Origin: Promethearchaeota archaeon
GTDB lineage: Archaea > Asgardarchaeota > Lokiarchaeia > Sigyniarchaeales > SOKP01
Assembly (NCBI GenBank): GCA_048937405.1
Contig: JBHLNF010000011.1
Coordinates: 5,972 to 69,971 of the forward strand
DNA: 64,000 bases
Reading direction: 5' to 3'
Shown: piece after piece, positions 1-10,569 of the stretch
Layout: each line of letters opens with the position of its first letter
Position numbering within the stretch: the stretch's first letter is position 1
Notes under the pieces: generated by a model
What the model was told of the DNA's origin: nothing
Seen by the model: the letters and a program-made list of their open reading frames with translations, nothing else
Databases searched by the model: none
Made by a program: the position numbers and the translations under genes

Positions 1-364
1 ATTTTTTTCTGTTCTGTGTGTTTTAAAAACATTAGAGATATGATATATTCTCTTATGCATAAGACATGATACTGTACTTAATGCTCTTAAGTCCTCAAAA
101 AAGGAAATTAAGAACGAGGAATTCCAGAGGAATTCCATTGAATCTCTTTTTTTACTATTTCTAATATAAATTAAAATTAATCCTATTAATTTGATATGAA
201 AAATTTATAAGTTTAGAACTTCTTATAAATTCAGATTTTATTCAAAAAATATATATATTGTAGAATTTAATTAAATTTGTAATTATAAATTTTTTTTTTT
301 TAAAACCTATATTATGGGTTGATTCATTCCAAAATTTGAGCTGATTAACCGAATTGGTGATAAG

Positions 365-913
365 ATGGCTGAAGCAATAGACATACGCGAACTGTTCTTC
401 GATATACTAGATATAGTTAAATTCGAGCTTAAATTTTACCGTTATAAAGAATCTCCAATGTTTGAACGTATAGTAAAAACGCGTATGTTTCAGCAGAAGC
501 TTCAAAAATTAAAAGACTTTATCAATACGTATTTTGATATCATGTACAAAGATGAGAATAGCCCGATTAATCAAGCAGCACTCCAAACACAATTACAGAA
601 CATCGCAAGATTAACAAATTATTATGATGATCTTTCAGATTTCTATACAGATCATACCCAAATAATGATAACTAAAGAAAAATTACAGGGTTTAATTGAT
701 TATTCGCACGTTGAGATACTGTTTTTGGTATTTACTAATATCCTTGATTGGGAGCATTACAAGGCCAGTTTATTGTTCCCTACCGATAAAACTAAAGAAA
801 AATTGCTGAAAGAGTTCCTTGGAAAGTTAGCAAGTGCTGATATAAAAGATGTAGATGACATTGTTGATTTGGAACAAACGATTGAAGACTTTGTACAAAG
901 TATTGAGGTATGA
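365..913 (+). CDS. hypothetical protein (helical, acidic C-terminus)
   Basis: 182-aa ORF with GGTGA Shine-Dalgarno just upstream of the ATG; no recognisable motif. Confidence 0.75.
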   Translation: MAEAIDIRELFFDILDIVKFELKFYRYKESPMFERIVKTRMFQQKLQKLKDFINTYFDIMYKDENSPINQAALQTQLQNIARLTNYYDDLSDFYTDHTQIMITKEKLQGLIDYSHVEILFLVFTNILDWEHYKASLLFPTDKTKEKLLKEFLGKLASADIKDVDDIVDLEQTIEDFVQSIEV

Positions 914-1087
914 TTTTTAAGCATAATTTTGTTAAATCTTTTCATATAATTTCCAAAAATAACTTTTTTCTTCAATTGGAAGTAATTTATATATGATTAA
1001 GAATGCATTTTTAATCTATAAAAGTAAATAATATATTAATTTTGGCTTATTTTATTCATAAGTTCATAAATATTAAGGTAATATTGT

Positions 1088-1363
1088 GTGACAATAAAGC
1101 TAAAATTATATGGCGATTTGAGGGAAAAGATAATTCAATCAAGCTATAGTATTGGAATTCCAAGTAGTATCGATATTAAAATAGAGGGGATTTCTACAGT
1201 ATCAGATCTTTTAAACAAATTTGGAATTAATAAGGAGGAAATTAGTCACATTTTTGTTAATAATATATATTCTACTCCTAAAAAAGAAATAAAAGATGGT
1301 GATCGGATTGGAATATTTCCAAAAAGAATGGGTATAATTTTTGTTGAAATCAAGAATCCATAA
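1088..1363 (+). CDS. MoaD/ThiS-like ubiquitin-fold protein lacking C-terminal GG
   Basis: IKLKLYGDLRE...TVSDLLNKFGI...IFVNN...IKDGDRIGIFP beta-grasp pattern; ends MGIIFVEIKNP. Confidence 0.75.
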   Translation: MTIKLKLYGDLREKIIQSSYSIGIPSSIDIKIEGISTVSDLLNKFGINKEEISHIFVNNIYSTPKKEIKDGDRIGIFPKRMGIIFVEIKNP

Positions 1364-1506
1364 TAGAGATATAAGTCTTTTAAATACTTTTTTTCCCATG
1401 AGAAAATAGACAATGAATACAATTAAATATATGATTTTTTATCTATCAGCTTAAGCACTTCAGAAATAATTAAATTCGTAGGAGAATTCGGAAATTTATT
1501 TTTAAA

Positions 1507-1773
1507 ATGGCGGACTGCATCGACAAGATATTGGATGTTTGTGAAAATTCTGAAATAAAAAGATATGAGGCTTTAATTCAATTGATGAATGATCTCGATA
1601 AAGAAATATCAGATGCAATACGAGTTAGAAATTGTTTAATTTTATTAATTAATTTATGTTTTAATCCAGATTCCCCTGATTATGCATATAATAGAGGTAA
1701 AACATCAAAGATCCTTTCTGGGGAGGAAAAACTAATGATGCAAGAATTACTAAGATGCGAATTTAATAATTGA
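1507..1773 (+). CDS. hypothetical protein
   Basis: 88-aa ATG ORF converging on the MFS gene. Confidence 0.6.
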   Translation: MADCIDKILDVCENSEIKRYEALIQLMNDLDKEISDAIRVRNCLILLINLCFNPDSPDYAYNRGKTSKILSGEEKLMMQELLRCEFNN

Positions 1774-1780
1774 ATATCTA

Positions 1781-4054
1781 TTAAAAAACAGCAAAATCAG
1801 TTTCTTTCCACTTTTCATATAACGTAAAAATATTTTCAATTTTACCTAATGTATCAATAAGTACTTTTTTTGTTTTTTTATCATCTTGAAAAGTGTCAAC
1901 AATTACATCATAAATTTTAACATTATACTCTTGGGTAAGATCAGATATTTTTCTGATATCTTCCATTTGTATATCTTCTTCCTTTAATTTGTTGAAAGCT
2001 TTTTCTACTTCTTCTCTTAATTTAATAGTAGCATTTAATGATTTGGTGCATTTATCCAATAATTCTTGTTCCTTATCACGCACAATTGATTCTTCTTCTG
2101 ATAAATCTGGTTTTTCTTCGACAATTTCAAGTCTTTCATTCAATAAATATTTCACACGTTCATAGATTTTAATTGCTTCATCTATCTTATTTAACCCTTT
2201 TATCAAATGATTGGTACTATTGAGTCTAGCTTCAATAATTTTTAAATAAGCATCTTCATAATAAGTTTGAATTTCACCGAATGTACTTTTTTCATATTCG
2301 CTAATTCTCTCATAAATTTTTTTTAATTCATATCTTAGCTGAAGGGTTTCTTGAGACGTTATATTTTCATTACTAAGCTTTTTATAGATATTATTCGTCT
2401 CTTGCCTAACAAGCAAAACTCTCAAATACATAATATGAGCCTTTTTTTCTATATTTGTAATACTACGAGTTTCTCCCTCATGTTCACAGAATTTAAAAAT
2501 TTTTAAAGCGTCATTCATTAGCTTATTAAATTTATTTTGATTAGTCCTAATATAATATTTCGAATCTTGTACTTTTTGAATACCTCTATCCATTTGAATT
2601 TCTAATTCAAAGATATAATCAATTAAACTAACTTGTTTTCTTTCAGAAAGAATTCTTGACTTATAAGACATATCTTTTTCTACATTTCTGCTAGCTAAAA
2701 GCCAAAATATAGCTGCAGGGAACCAAAAGAATATACTAAAAAAGATCATATTAAAAGTACTTCCCAATAAAAAAATAAGAGAATATGACAGTAGCAATGT
2801 AACACCTTTGCTAATTTGTTCGGATAACTTAAAGAAAGAAGCAGCAGTTCCTTTATGTTCTGGCATATTTACATCAATCATAACCGCATTTCGGTTAGCA
2901 ACAGGACCAGCACCTAACATTGAAGCCAATAAGGCAAAAAAGAAAAAAATAATATAATTTGGATAAGCTACGAATATTTGACTAATTGTTCGTACAATGT
3001 AAGAAAATAGGGCACCAGTAGGAATTGGATCTGGATAAGCAATACCTAAAACAGTTGGATCTATAGGTCTTAATGAGAGGAGCAATATAATAGAAAAAGG
3101 AATTGAAAAAATCAAACATACAGTAGCTAGTCTAACTCTATTTTTTTTATTTCGCCGAAATAATATATCCCCTAAGCGCGCAAATACAGCATTTCCAAGA
3201 AGATATCCAACTCCAATCATTCCAGCAAATATTGCGGCTGTTTGCAATCTGATTTCTATAGGTATTTGGTTAAAATATTGTAACGTCAGCATTGAAGTCA
3301 TAAAATATACCAAAACTGTACCAGGAATTATAGAAAAGAAACCTTGGACGATCAAATAAAGATTTGTTTTCTTTTTTATGATAAATCCCAGATCTTTTTT
3401 TGAAATTCGATAGCTATATTCTAAATCTAATTCAATCAATTCCAACAGCTCATCTTCACCTGCTCCACGCTTAGGGATTTTGACAAAAAACAGAATAAAA
3501 ATTACAATAACACTTATTCCAGATAAAAGAAGAAAAGGAAATCGCCATGTGAAAATAGGACCAAGAAAGGAAGATAAACCCTGTCCTGCACCATTGGATA
3601 TGGAACTTAAGATTGCTAATGTTCCAAACCAACCAGATCTTTCTTCAGCAGGTATTGCATCAGAAATAACTGAATATCCGATTGGTAATACACATCCTAA
3701 ACCCGCTCCGCTTGACACCCTTGATATTAATAACATATAGTATGTAGAAGAAAACGCAGTTAATATCATTCCTATCGTCCATGAAAAGGCGCCCACTAGA
3801 AGTACTTTCCCTCGATCAACTCGATCTGCCCAATATCCCCATAATAAAGCAAAAAAAGCACTAATTAAAACAAAAAAAGCATCTGGAATTGCTATTAACG
3901 CTTCAGGTATATTAAACTCTTGTTGAATTACAGCATAACTAGGGATTAGCATATTAGCACATGCTGTCGAAACAAAAAGTAAAAGCATGACTAAGATAAT
4001 TGGTGTTAGATCTTTGAATTTCACTGATGTAAGTTGAAAGCGTCCAATAAGCAA
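1781..4054 (-). CDS. MFS transporter fused to a ~290-aa soluble helical C-terminal domain
   Basis: MFS motif A WGYWADRVDRGK, about 12 hydrophobic segments to ~aa 455, then a charged helical-repeat-like tail. Confidence 0.85.
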   Translation of the reverse strand: MLIGRFQLTSVKFKDLTPIILVMLLLFVSTACANMLIPSYAVIQQEFNIPEALIAIPDAFFVLISAFFALLWGYWADRVDRGKVLLVGAFSWTIGMILTAFSSTYYMLLISRVSSGAGLGCVLPIGYSVISDAIPAEERSGWFGTLAILSSISNGAGQGLSSFLGPIFTWRFPFLLLSGISVIVIFILFFVKIPKRGAGEDELLELIELDLEYSYRISKKDLGFIIKKKTNLYLIVQGFFSIIPGTVLVYFMTSMLTLQYFNQIPIEIRLQTAAIFAGMIGVGYLLGNAVFARLGDILFRRNKKNRVRLATVCLIFSIPFSIILLLSLRPIDPTVLGIAYPDPIPTGALFSYIVRTISQIFVAYPNYIIFFFFALLASMLGAGPVANRNAVMIDVNMPEHKGTAASFFKLSEQISKGVTLLLSYSLIFLLGSTFNMIFFSIFFWFPAAIFWLLASRNVEKDMSYKSRILSERKQVSLIDYIFELEIQMDRGIQKVQDSKYYIRTNQNKFNKLMNDALKIFKFCEHEGETRSITNIEKKAHIMYLRVLLVRQETNNIYKKLSNENITSQETLQLRYELKKIYERISEYEKSTFGEIQTYYEDAYLKIIEARLNSTNHLIKGLNKIDEAIKIYERVKYLLNERLEIVEEKPDLSEEESIVRDKEQELLDKCTKSLNATIKLREEVEKAFNKLKEEDIQMEDIRKISDLTQEYNVKIYDVIVDTFQDDKKTKKVLIDTLGKIENIFTLYEKWKETDFAVF

Positions 4055-4206
4055 TTACCACTAGTATGTGATTATAATAAATAGCACTTGAAAGTTAAAA
4101 AAACTTACAATGATTTATTTTAATGATAAGTAATGGTATAGTATATTAAAAATAATGTCATTTAATTCATATTTTTTTAACAACCTATCAGTTTTATTAT
4201 AGATAA

Positions 4207-4764
4207 CTAGTAATAAATTCTATCTGTAATGACTCTCCCTTTCTCTGAAATCTTAACTCCTTCTATTTCTAATAATCTTTGTTTCATCTTTATCCCACCT
4301 TGATATCCTCCAAGTTCACCGTTTGTTTTAATTGCTCGATGACATGGAATGACAATGGGAAATGGATTTCTAGCTAGAGCGTTTCCAACAACTCGAGCGC
4401 CTTTAGATAAGCCAATATGATCAGCAATTCTTTTGTAGGTACTTATCCACCCTCTTGGTATCTTATATTCTGCTAATAGTACCTCCTTTTGAATATCAAA
4501 ACATTTACTGAAATCAAGAAAATCAAGTTTTAACTCTACCCGTTCACCTCTCAAAAAATACTGAATTTGCTCACCTAGCAATTTAATTGATGAGTTTAAT
4601 CCTTTTTTAATCTGTTTAAATGATTCTCGAGCTTTAATTTCAGAATTAATCTCAGGATCACTAAGAAATATTCGTTGGATTTGTAAATTAGAATCGGTTT
4701 CCTTCCAGATAATTGTAAAAGTATCAAATGGAGAACTATAAGTAGCATAAAATAAGAAATCCAT
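4207..4764 (-). CDS. ogt: methylated-DNA--protein-cysteine methyltransferase
   Basis: GARVVGNALARNPFPIVIPCHRAI active-site motif. Confidence 0.95.
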   Translation of the reverse strand: MDFLFYATYSSPFDTFTIIWKETDSNLQIQRIFLSDPEINSEIKARESFKQIKKGLNSSIKLLGEQIQYFLRGERVELKLDFLDFSKCFDIQKEVLLAEYKIPRGWISTYKRIADHIGLSKGARVVGNALARNPFPIVIPCHRAIKTNGELGGYQGGIKMKQRLLEIEGVKISEKGRVITDRIYY

Positions 4765-4974
4765 CCCTTGTAATTATATTTGATAAAATTTAAAATTTGT
4801 TGTATTGTCTATTCGCACAGTAATCAGAGTAATTCAACTTTTTATTATATAATATTATTAAACCTTGATTTTAGTTTAAAAAACGAATTTAAAAATTAGT
4901 CAAAAAGAAAATTAAAAAAATTATAAAGGAAAAAAAAGATTACAAATAAACAATTCTAAAATCTAAAATTAGAG

Positions 4975-5478
4975 TTGAAAAGAATGAAAACTCTTGTAAC
5001 CTATATGTCACAAACAGGCAATACTAAAAAGATTGCTGAAGCTATATATGAAACAATTTCAGGAGACAAAGAAATTAAACCTTTAAATGAAGTTGAAAGT
5101 TTGGAGAATTATGGATTTACGTTTATAGGTTTTCCCATTCATCAAATGGGACCACCACAAATAGCGTCAAAGTTCATTGAAACGAAAGCAAAAAATCGAA
5201 AAATAGCGCTTTTTGTCACTCACGCTTCTCCTCTAGGAACCCCATTCATTGAACCCTTATTAGGTAAATGCAAAGAATGTGCCGATGATTCGGATATGGT
5301 CGGCATTTATAATTGTCAAGGAGTACTTGCCCAACAAGTAGCAGATATGCTCTTAAAAGTAGATAATCCTAGACTTCAACAGTTTGGAAAAATGCGAGAT
5401 GCAACAGTTGGACATCCGAATGAACAAGAAGTAGAAAACGCTCGCAATTTTGCAAAAGAAATAATGGGAAATCTTTAA
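4975..5478 (+). CDS. flavodoxin family protein
   Basis: YMSQTGNTKKIAEAI FMN phosphate loop; real start probably ATG at 4984. Confidence 0.9.
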   Translation: MKRMKTLVTYMSQTGNTKKIAEAIYETISGDKEIKPLNEVESLENYGFTFIGFPIHQMGPPQIASKFIETKAKNRKIALFVTHASPLGTPFIEPLLGKCKECADDSDMVGIYNCQGVLAQQVADMLLKVDNPRLQQFGKMRDATVGHPNEQEVENARNFAKEIMGNL

Positions 5479-6509
5479 TTATTTTTTTTTAATTTTTTAC
5501 CTAAAATGATTGTAATAACAATAACCCCATTAATTATTAAAAAAGGATAATATCCTAGAATCGATTCATTGTCACAATTGTTATTTTCAATAATATTTCC
5601 TATACTATTTTCTTCTATGATACACTCATCATTTCCAAATAATTTATTCCTTGAAATAATATTATTATTACAATTATAAGATAACCAAATTCCCCTTCTA
5701 TTATTATTAATAGTGTTTTTAGTTATTACGTTATCATTACTAAACGATAAAATTATACCTGCATCATAATTGTTGTTTACAATATTTTCCGAAATGAAAT
5801 TAGAACTACTATTCATTAAATCGATTCCTATTCCTGAAAGATTACTACCGTCTATTGTGATGCTATCAACGAAAAACTTAAAGTTTTGTGAAATATTATT
5901 CTTTAAAATATTATTTTTATAACAATTAGTAAAGAACAGCCCTATAAAATTATTATAGATATTATTTTCTGAAAAGGTATTATTATAACAATAGTATACA
6001 ATTAGTCCCCTATCATCGTTATTAAAAATATTGTTATGTGAAAAATTATTATTATAACAAGCAAATAAGGCAACTCCCCATATATTATCGTATAATTTGT
6101 TATATATTAATTGGGAATTATTAACATTCTCTAAAACGATCCCCCCTAGACAATTGAAGATTGTACAATTATTAATCTTAAAATAATTACTAGAATTTGT
6201 GATATATATACCTCTGTCCGTTTCTCCTCCATTAATCACTAAATCTTCAATAACATATGGATTGGAATAAGTACCTTCACCTGAACAAATTCCAGCATCT
6301 TTAGCCTCAGACCAATTATTATTGATATAAATTCTTCCTAAGCTATCAGAAAGTTTTATATTTCTTTTTTCTAAAAAAGAATTTTTGTTATCATCTTCAA
6401 AATTTTTAGTGGTTTTAATAGAATAAATAGAGTTGTTTATTGATAAGATTAAGAATAAAGTAAGTAATATTAATAATAGTATGGTATTTGCTTTTGGAAT
6501 TGATTTCAT
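5475..6509 (-). CDS. secreted/membrane-anchored parallel beta-helix (NosD-like) protein
   Basis: N-terminal hydrophobic segment, GEGTYSNPYVIE, Asn-rich xNNxIxNN repeats, C-terminal TM plus basic tail. Confidence 0.85.
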   Translation of the reverse strand: MKSIPKANTILLLILLTLFLILSINNSIYSIKTTKNFEDDNKNSFLEKRNIKLSDSLGRIYINNNWSEAKDAGICSGEGTYSNPYVIEDLVINGGETDRGIYITNSSNYFKINNCTIFNCLGGIVLENVNNSQLIYNKLYDNIWGVALFACYNNNFSHNNIFNNDDRGLIVYYCYNNTFSENNIYNNFIGLFFTNCYKNNILKNNISQNFKFFVDSITIDGSNLSGIGIDLMNSSSNFISENIVNNNYDAGIILSFSNDNVITKNTINNNRRGIWLSYNCNNNIISRNKLFGNDECIIEENSIGNIIENNNCDNESILGYYPFLIINGVIVITIILGKKLKKNN

Positions 6510-6744
6510 CTTTTAACTAAATAATTTTATGGATTTTAATATTATAACTTAAGAAGAAACTCAATTTATAGTTATACCTTCTCAAACCTATTTTAATTTA
6601 CTTTTAAGATATTGAAAAAATTAGATTTTTGAGATGATCTTCGTGAAATCATCGTTTCACGAACTTTTGTAAGTAATAAACAAGTCTCTTTACTAGTTTA
6701 ACTCAGAAGTGAGAGGATAATATTCTGTAAAATTTGATTAGAAC

Positions 6745-7272
6745 CTAAAATACCATTTTTTGCTTAATTTCCTGAACCATCTTAGTTCCTTCTTCATTTA
6801 TTTCTGTTAAGATATCTCTTAAGATTTCATTAATTGCAATTCCACGTAATTCGCATGAGATATATAATAGTGAGAGTATTTGTTTAGACAAGACACGAAT
6901 ATTCTTAATATCACTTATTGGAATTCTAATCCCAAGAGCTTTTAAATCCATATGAGTTTCTTTCTCTTGCTGTCTAATTGTAATAAGAATATCATTCTTT
7001 CTTCCTTTCCATTCTTCAGTTACTGCTCTTAATGACATAAGATATCTTTTAGTGGGACTTCCAATTCCCATGACATCTCTGGCAAAGTCTAAGGGTTCAG
7101 AATTTCTGACAGTTTTTAAACCGAAAGTTCTATTAATTTTATAGTTCTTATCTAATTTTGATTTCATTTTCGAAATTTCATCTGTCAATTTTTCAATATT
7201 TAAAGCTAACTTTTCAAATTTCTTAAGAAAGATTTCCTCAGAATTAATTTCAAAATTACTCATATCAAACAC
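6745..7272 (-). CDS. hypothetical protein
   Basis: 175-aa ORF with an N-terminal coiled-coil-like stretch; no family recognised. Confidence 0.7.
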   Translation of the reverse strand: MFDMSNFEINSEEIFLKKFEKLALNIEKLTDEISKMKSKLDKNYKINRTFGLKTVRNSEPLDFARDVMGIGSPTKRYLMSLRAVTEEWKGRKNDILITIRQQEKETHMDLKALGIRIPISDIKNIRVLSKQILSLLYISCELRGIAINEILRDILTEINEEGTKMVQEIKQKMVF

Positions 7273-7456
7273 GGATTATAGATTAAGTATGATATTTTTT
7301 GAATTAGTCTTTAATAAAACTAATTATTAAACTATTAATCTATGAGAGTTTTTTGATTTATTCATAATCAATTGCCTAGAACATAAGAGAAAATATATTA
7401 AAAAAAATCAATAAAATATATGTAAGGGTTCTAATTTAAATGGTTTTGTTATTACT

Positions 7457-8692
7457 CTAATTGTCAGATTCTTCTTTTCTATAAAATTCAGTATTATTTA
7501 TTTCAATAATATCTGTTTCTTGTTTATTTACCTCAGACTCTTTATTATCAGACTCAATTTCTTTGAGAATAGTCTCAGAATGTGCTATTTCCTGCATCTC
7601 ATCTTTAATACCTTCTTCTAGTTTTGATTTATCTTTAGAATATTTCCTTATTTCATATATTCCAATAATAAGTAGAAGCAGAATAAAAAAGCCTAATACA
7701 GCAATATCCTTTATTAGGTTTACCATATCGTTATCTATTCTTGCAAACCATTGAATCCAAGGTATTGGAACCTCATTTAAAAGATCATATGGAAAATAAT
7801 GTATGAATTCATAAGCTACTTTAGATAAGATTAACCAAACTATTATAGTGTCAAGTCCAAATCTCTTTACTCTCTTACTCAGCATTTCTGCTTGAGAACC
7901 CATAAGAGTACTTAGAGAGTAAAAGATAATAAACATATCAGGAACAATTACTGCAATATAAGCCCAAATAGACCCAATTGCTCGAGGTTCTGTATCTACA
8001 ATTCCTAAATAAATCTTAAGTGCTAAAAAAAGTGTATAGAAAGTAACTAGTAATGCAAAAATTCCAAACCATCCATTGAAAATCTTTTTAAAGTTATATA
8101 CAATGACAATAATCGCTAAGCCAATAAGAATTCCACCAACTATTATATAAACTAGATTTAAATACCAAGGAAACACTATTGGAGTTTCTGTTATAACGGA
8201 TAAATCTACTAATCTAGGGGTTATTATAAACAAGAATAATAAAGCTAAAGACCCTGCTAATCCACCTATAAAAATGATGGTTCTTAGGAATGGTTTTGCT
8301 CTAGACGCTTTAGAGACTTGATTATCAACTTGTCTTCCCATTAAAAAGCAACCATACAAGATAAACCAAGATGTAAATATGAAATAACTAATGACTGAAA
8401 TTAAGAATAAAACTATTAGAATTATTGAGATTAACAACATAATAGGTAGTGATATTAATAGAAATAACATTACTTTCCAGGGTGGAAATTCAAAGATGTT
8501 TTTTTTAGAAACCAGAGAAAGTAAAAATAAGAACATTAAAAAAACTAAAAATGGGAAAAATATAATAATACCAATCAAAGAAACAATAGGATCGGGGTAA
8601 GGTATAATAGCTACTCCGACTAATAGCCAAATTACAACAACTAATAATCTCCAATTTTTACTTAACTTCTTTAAATTATCAATAAAATCCAT
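7457..8692 (-). CDS. multi-pass membrane protein of unknown function
   Basis: About 10 hydrophobic segments and an acidic C-terminal tail. Confidence 0.8.
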   Translation of the reverse strand: MDFIDNLKKLSKNWRLLVVVIWLLVGVAIIPYPDPIVSLIGIIIFFPFLVFLMFLFLLSLVSKKNIFEFPPWKVMLFLLISLPIMLLISIILIVLFLISVISYFIFTSWFILYGCFLMGRQVDNQVSKASRAKPFLRTIIFIGGLAGSLALLFLFIITPRLVDLSVITETPIVFPWYLNLVYIIVGGILIGLAIIVIVYNFKKIFNGWFGIFALLVTFYTLFLALKIYLGIVDTEPRAIGSIWAYIAVIVPDMFIIFYSLSTLMGSQAEMLSKRVKRFGLDTIIVWLILSKVAYEFIHYFPYDLLNEVPIPWIQWFARIDNDMVNLIKDIAVLGFFILLLLIIGIYEIRKYSKDKSKLEEGIKDEMQEIAHSETILKEIESDNKESEVNKQETDIIEINNTEFYRKEESDN

Positions 8693-8756
8693 AAAAAAAT
8701 AGTTAAATCAAATCTATTTAAAATTTTCTTATTCTTCGATAATAAATGATGGTTAA

Positions 8757-9560
8757 TTATTTGATAAAATCAATTATACTTTTTTGATCATTAAAACCGT
8801 GATATGATAATCCTAGCTTCTGTTTAATTATATTGATTGACTCAGGAGCATGACCTTGGAAATGGTTATTAACAATAATAAATATTTCATAGATCCTTGG
8901 ATTTTGTTTCAATATTTGAATTCTTTTTATGAAATTATCAATTAGATCTTTTTGGTTTCTTTGAATTCGATTAAATTCTGTAAGTATTCTATCTCCTATC
9001 AGCCGAATGTAATAAAAATTTTGATTTTGCAAATAATATGGCTTAATGTTTGGCATATAAGTAGTTCCAAGTATTAAATTTTGTCCATCAATCACATTTA
9101 GAAACGCATTAGTATTAAACCAAGAATTATCTCGTAATTCAATTATGTATTTATATTGGGATGGAAGAATTTTGATTAAAAAAATTAATTGATCAAAATG
9201 TTTTTCTGTGAATTTAAACCATGGTGGAAATTGAAGAAGGATTCCAAATATTTTTTCTTTTAAAGGAATTAGTCGACTAAAAAATTCTTGTATTCTATTG
9301 TCAAGTTCAGGTTCATTAAGTTCATGAGTTATTTTTTGCCATATTTTAATTACAAACCGAAATTTATCTGGTACACGATTGTACCAGTTTATCACCATTT
9401 CTAGAGATGGTAAATTGTAAAATGTTGAATTAATTTCGACAATATTGAAAGATTCAGAAAAATATCTTAAAAGTTGGGATTTTTCTAGCTGTTTCGGATA
9501 AAATGAACCGAACCAATCCTTATAAAAGAATCCTGCTGTCCCGAAGGTAATTTTAGCCAT
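8757..9560 (-). CDS. DUF72 family protein
   Basis: FGTAGFFYKDW, VEINSTFY, LLQFPPWF, IELR, YIRLIG, NNHFQGHA motifs. Confidence 0.92.
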   Translation of the reverse strand: MAKITFGTAGFFYKDWFGSFYPKQLEKSQLLRYFSESFNIVEINSTFYNLPSLEMVINWYNRVPDKFRFVIKIWQKITHELNEPELDNRIQEFFSRLIPLKEKIFGILLQFPPWFKFTEKHFDQLIFLIKILPSQYKYIIELRDNSWFNTNAFLNVIDGQNLILGTTYMPNIKPYYLQNQNFYYIRLIGDRILTEFNRIQRNQKDLIDNFIKRIQILKQNPRIYEIFIIVNNHFQGHAPESINIIKQKLGLSYHGFNDQKSIIDFIK

Positions 9561-9686
9561 TAATTCTAAGATAAAACTATATGCTTTTAATCAATCAATT
9601 TTTTGTTATTAAAAAAAATTTTTTTTATGAAATATTATAAATAGTTTAAATATTCTCAAGAATTACGATTAAAAGGTGATTGAAAA

Positions 9687-10415
9687 ATTTCAATTGACTG
9701 GGTTAAAGTTGAGGAGAAGCCTGAAAAGAAGTTCTCTACAGAAGGAAAAATTCTTCTAGAACTAAGAGCTAAAATAGAGGATTTAGAATCCGAATTAAAA
9801 AAGAACAAAAGATTATTGGAAAAAACACAAAATGAGTTAAATATAACAAAGGAAAAATTGAGTGGTCGAGAAATCAGTTTAACAGAACTAACAGAAAGAA
9901 GATCTTCTGCTAGAAAATCTTTGGATGAAATTAAGGAGGAAAAGCTACTCTTAGATATTGAATTTACAAAGGTGAAAAAGGAAAACTCAAACTTGAGTGA
10001 TAAACTCACTGATGCATTGACTAAAGTTTCAGATCTTGAAAAGCAATTAAATTATATGGTTGAGAATTCAAAAAATATAGATCAAAAAATCCTTGAGAAA
10101 AATAAAGAAATTCAGATTAAGGAAGAAGATATTCTAAATAAAGCTAAAGAGCTTTTAAATAAGGATGAAGAAATTCAAGAATACAAGAATAAAATAAATC
10201 AAAAACTTGAAATTATTGAAGATCTTAAAAACGAAATAAATATGGAGAAAAAGAATACTGAAGAACAGATTAATAAATTACATGATTTTGAATTGAAAGT
10301 ATCAAAAATTATTAATGCATCTAAAATCATAGATAGAATAAAGAATCTGTTAGAAATAAAAGGATTTTTATCAGATAAGGAGCTTGAACCATTATTAAAA
10401 GAAATAGAAGATTAA
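9687..10415 (+). CDS. coiled-coil protein, paralog A (probable ATT start, extended upstream of ORF-track start 9816)
   Basis: Open frame from ATT 9687 (in-frame TGA at 9681) encodes SIDWVKVEEKPEKKFSTEGKILLELR, homologous to paralog B; GGTGA at 9675-9679; C-terminal KGFLSDKE motif. Confidence 0.8.
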   Translation: MSIDWVKVEEKPEKKFSTEGKILLELRAKIEDLESELKKNKRLLEKTQNELNITKEKLSGREISLTELTERRSSARKSLDEIKEEKLLLDIEFTKVKKENSNLSDKLTDALTKVSDLEKQLNYMVENSKNIDQKILEKNKEIQIKEEDILNKAKELLNKDEEIQEYKNKINQKLEIIEDLKNEINMEKKNTEEQINKLHDFELKVSKIINASKIIDRIKNLLEIKGFLSDKELEPLLKEIED

Positions 10416-10569
10416 AAAATTATTTATACTTCATTTTCTCTAATTTATATTAAATATTGTGATGTAAATCTTATATAAAATCAATTTTAAGTAAACAAAT
10501 ATATAATGATACAAAATTACAATTATCAAAAAAATAAAAATTACCAAAAATTGTAAAGGTGAAAGAGAA

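Noticed and set aside
1-138. Open minus-strand frame starting at ATG 138 and running off the window start
   Set aside because: Only 46 codons visible with no recognisable motif; cannot be supported
6640-6663. Inverted repeat TTCGTGAAA-N6-TTTCACGAA
   Set aside because: Single short palindrome; could be an operator or terminator, but nothing else supports a call
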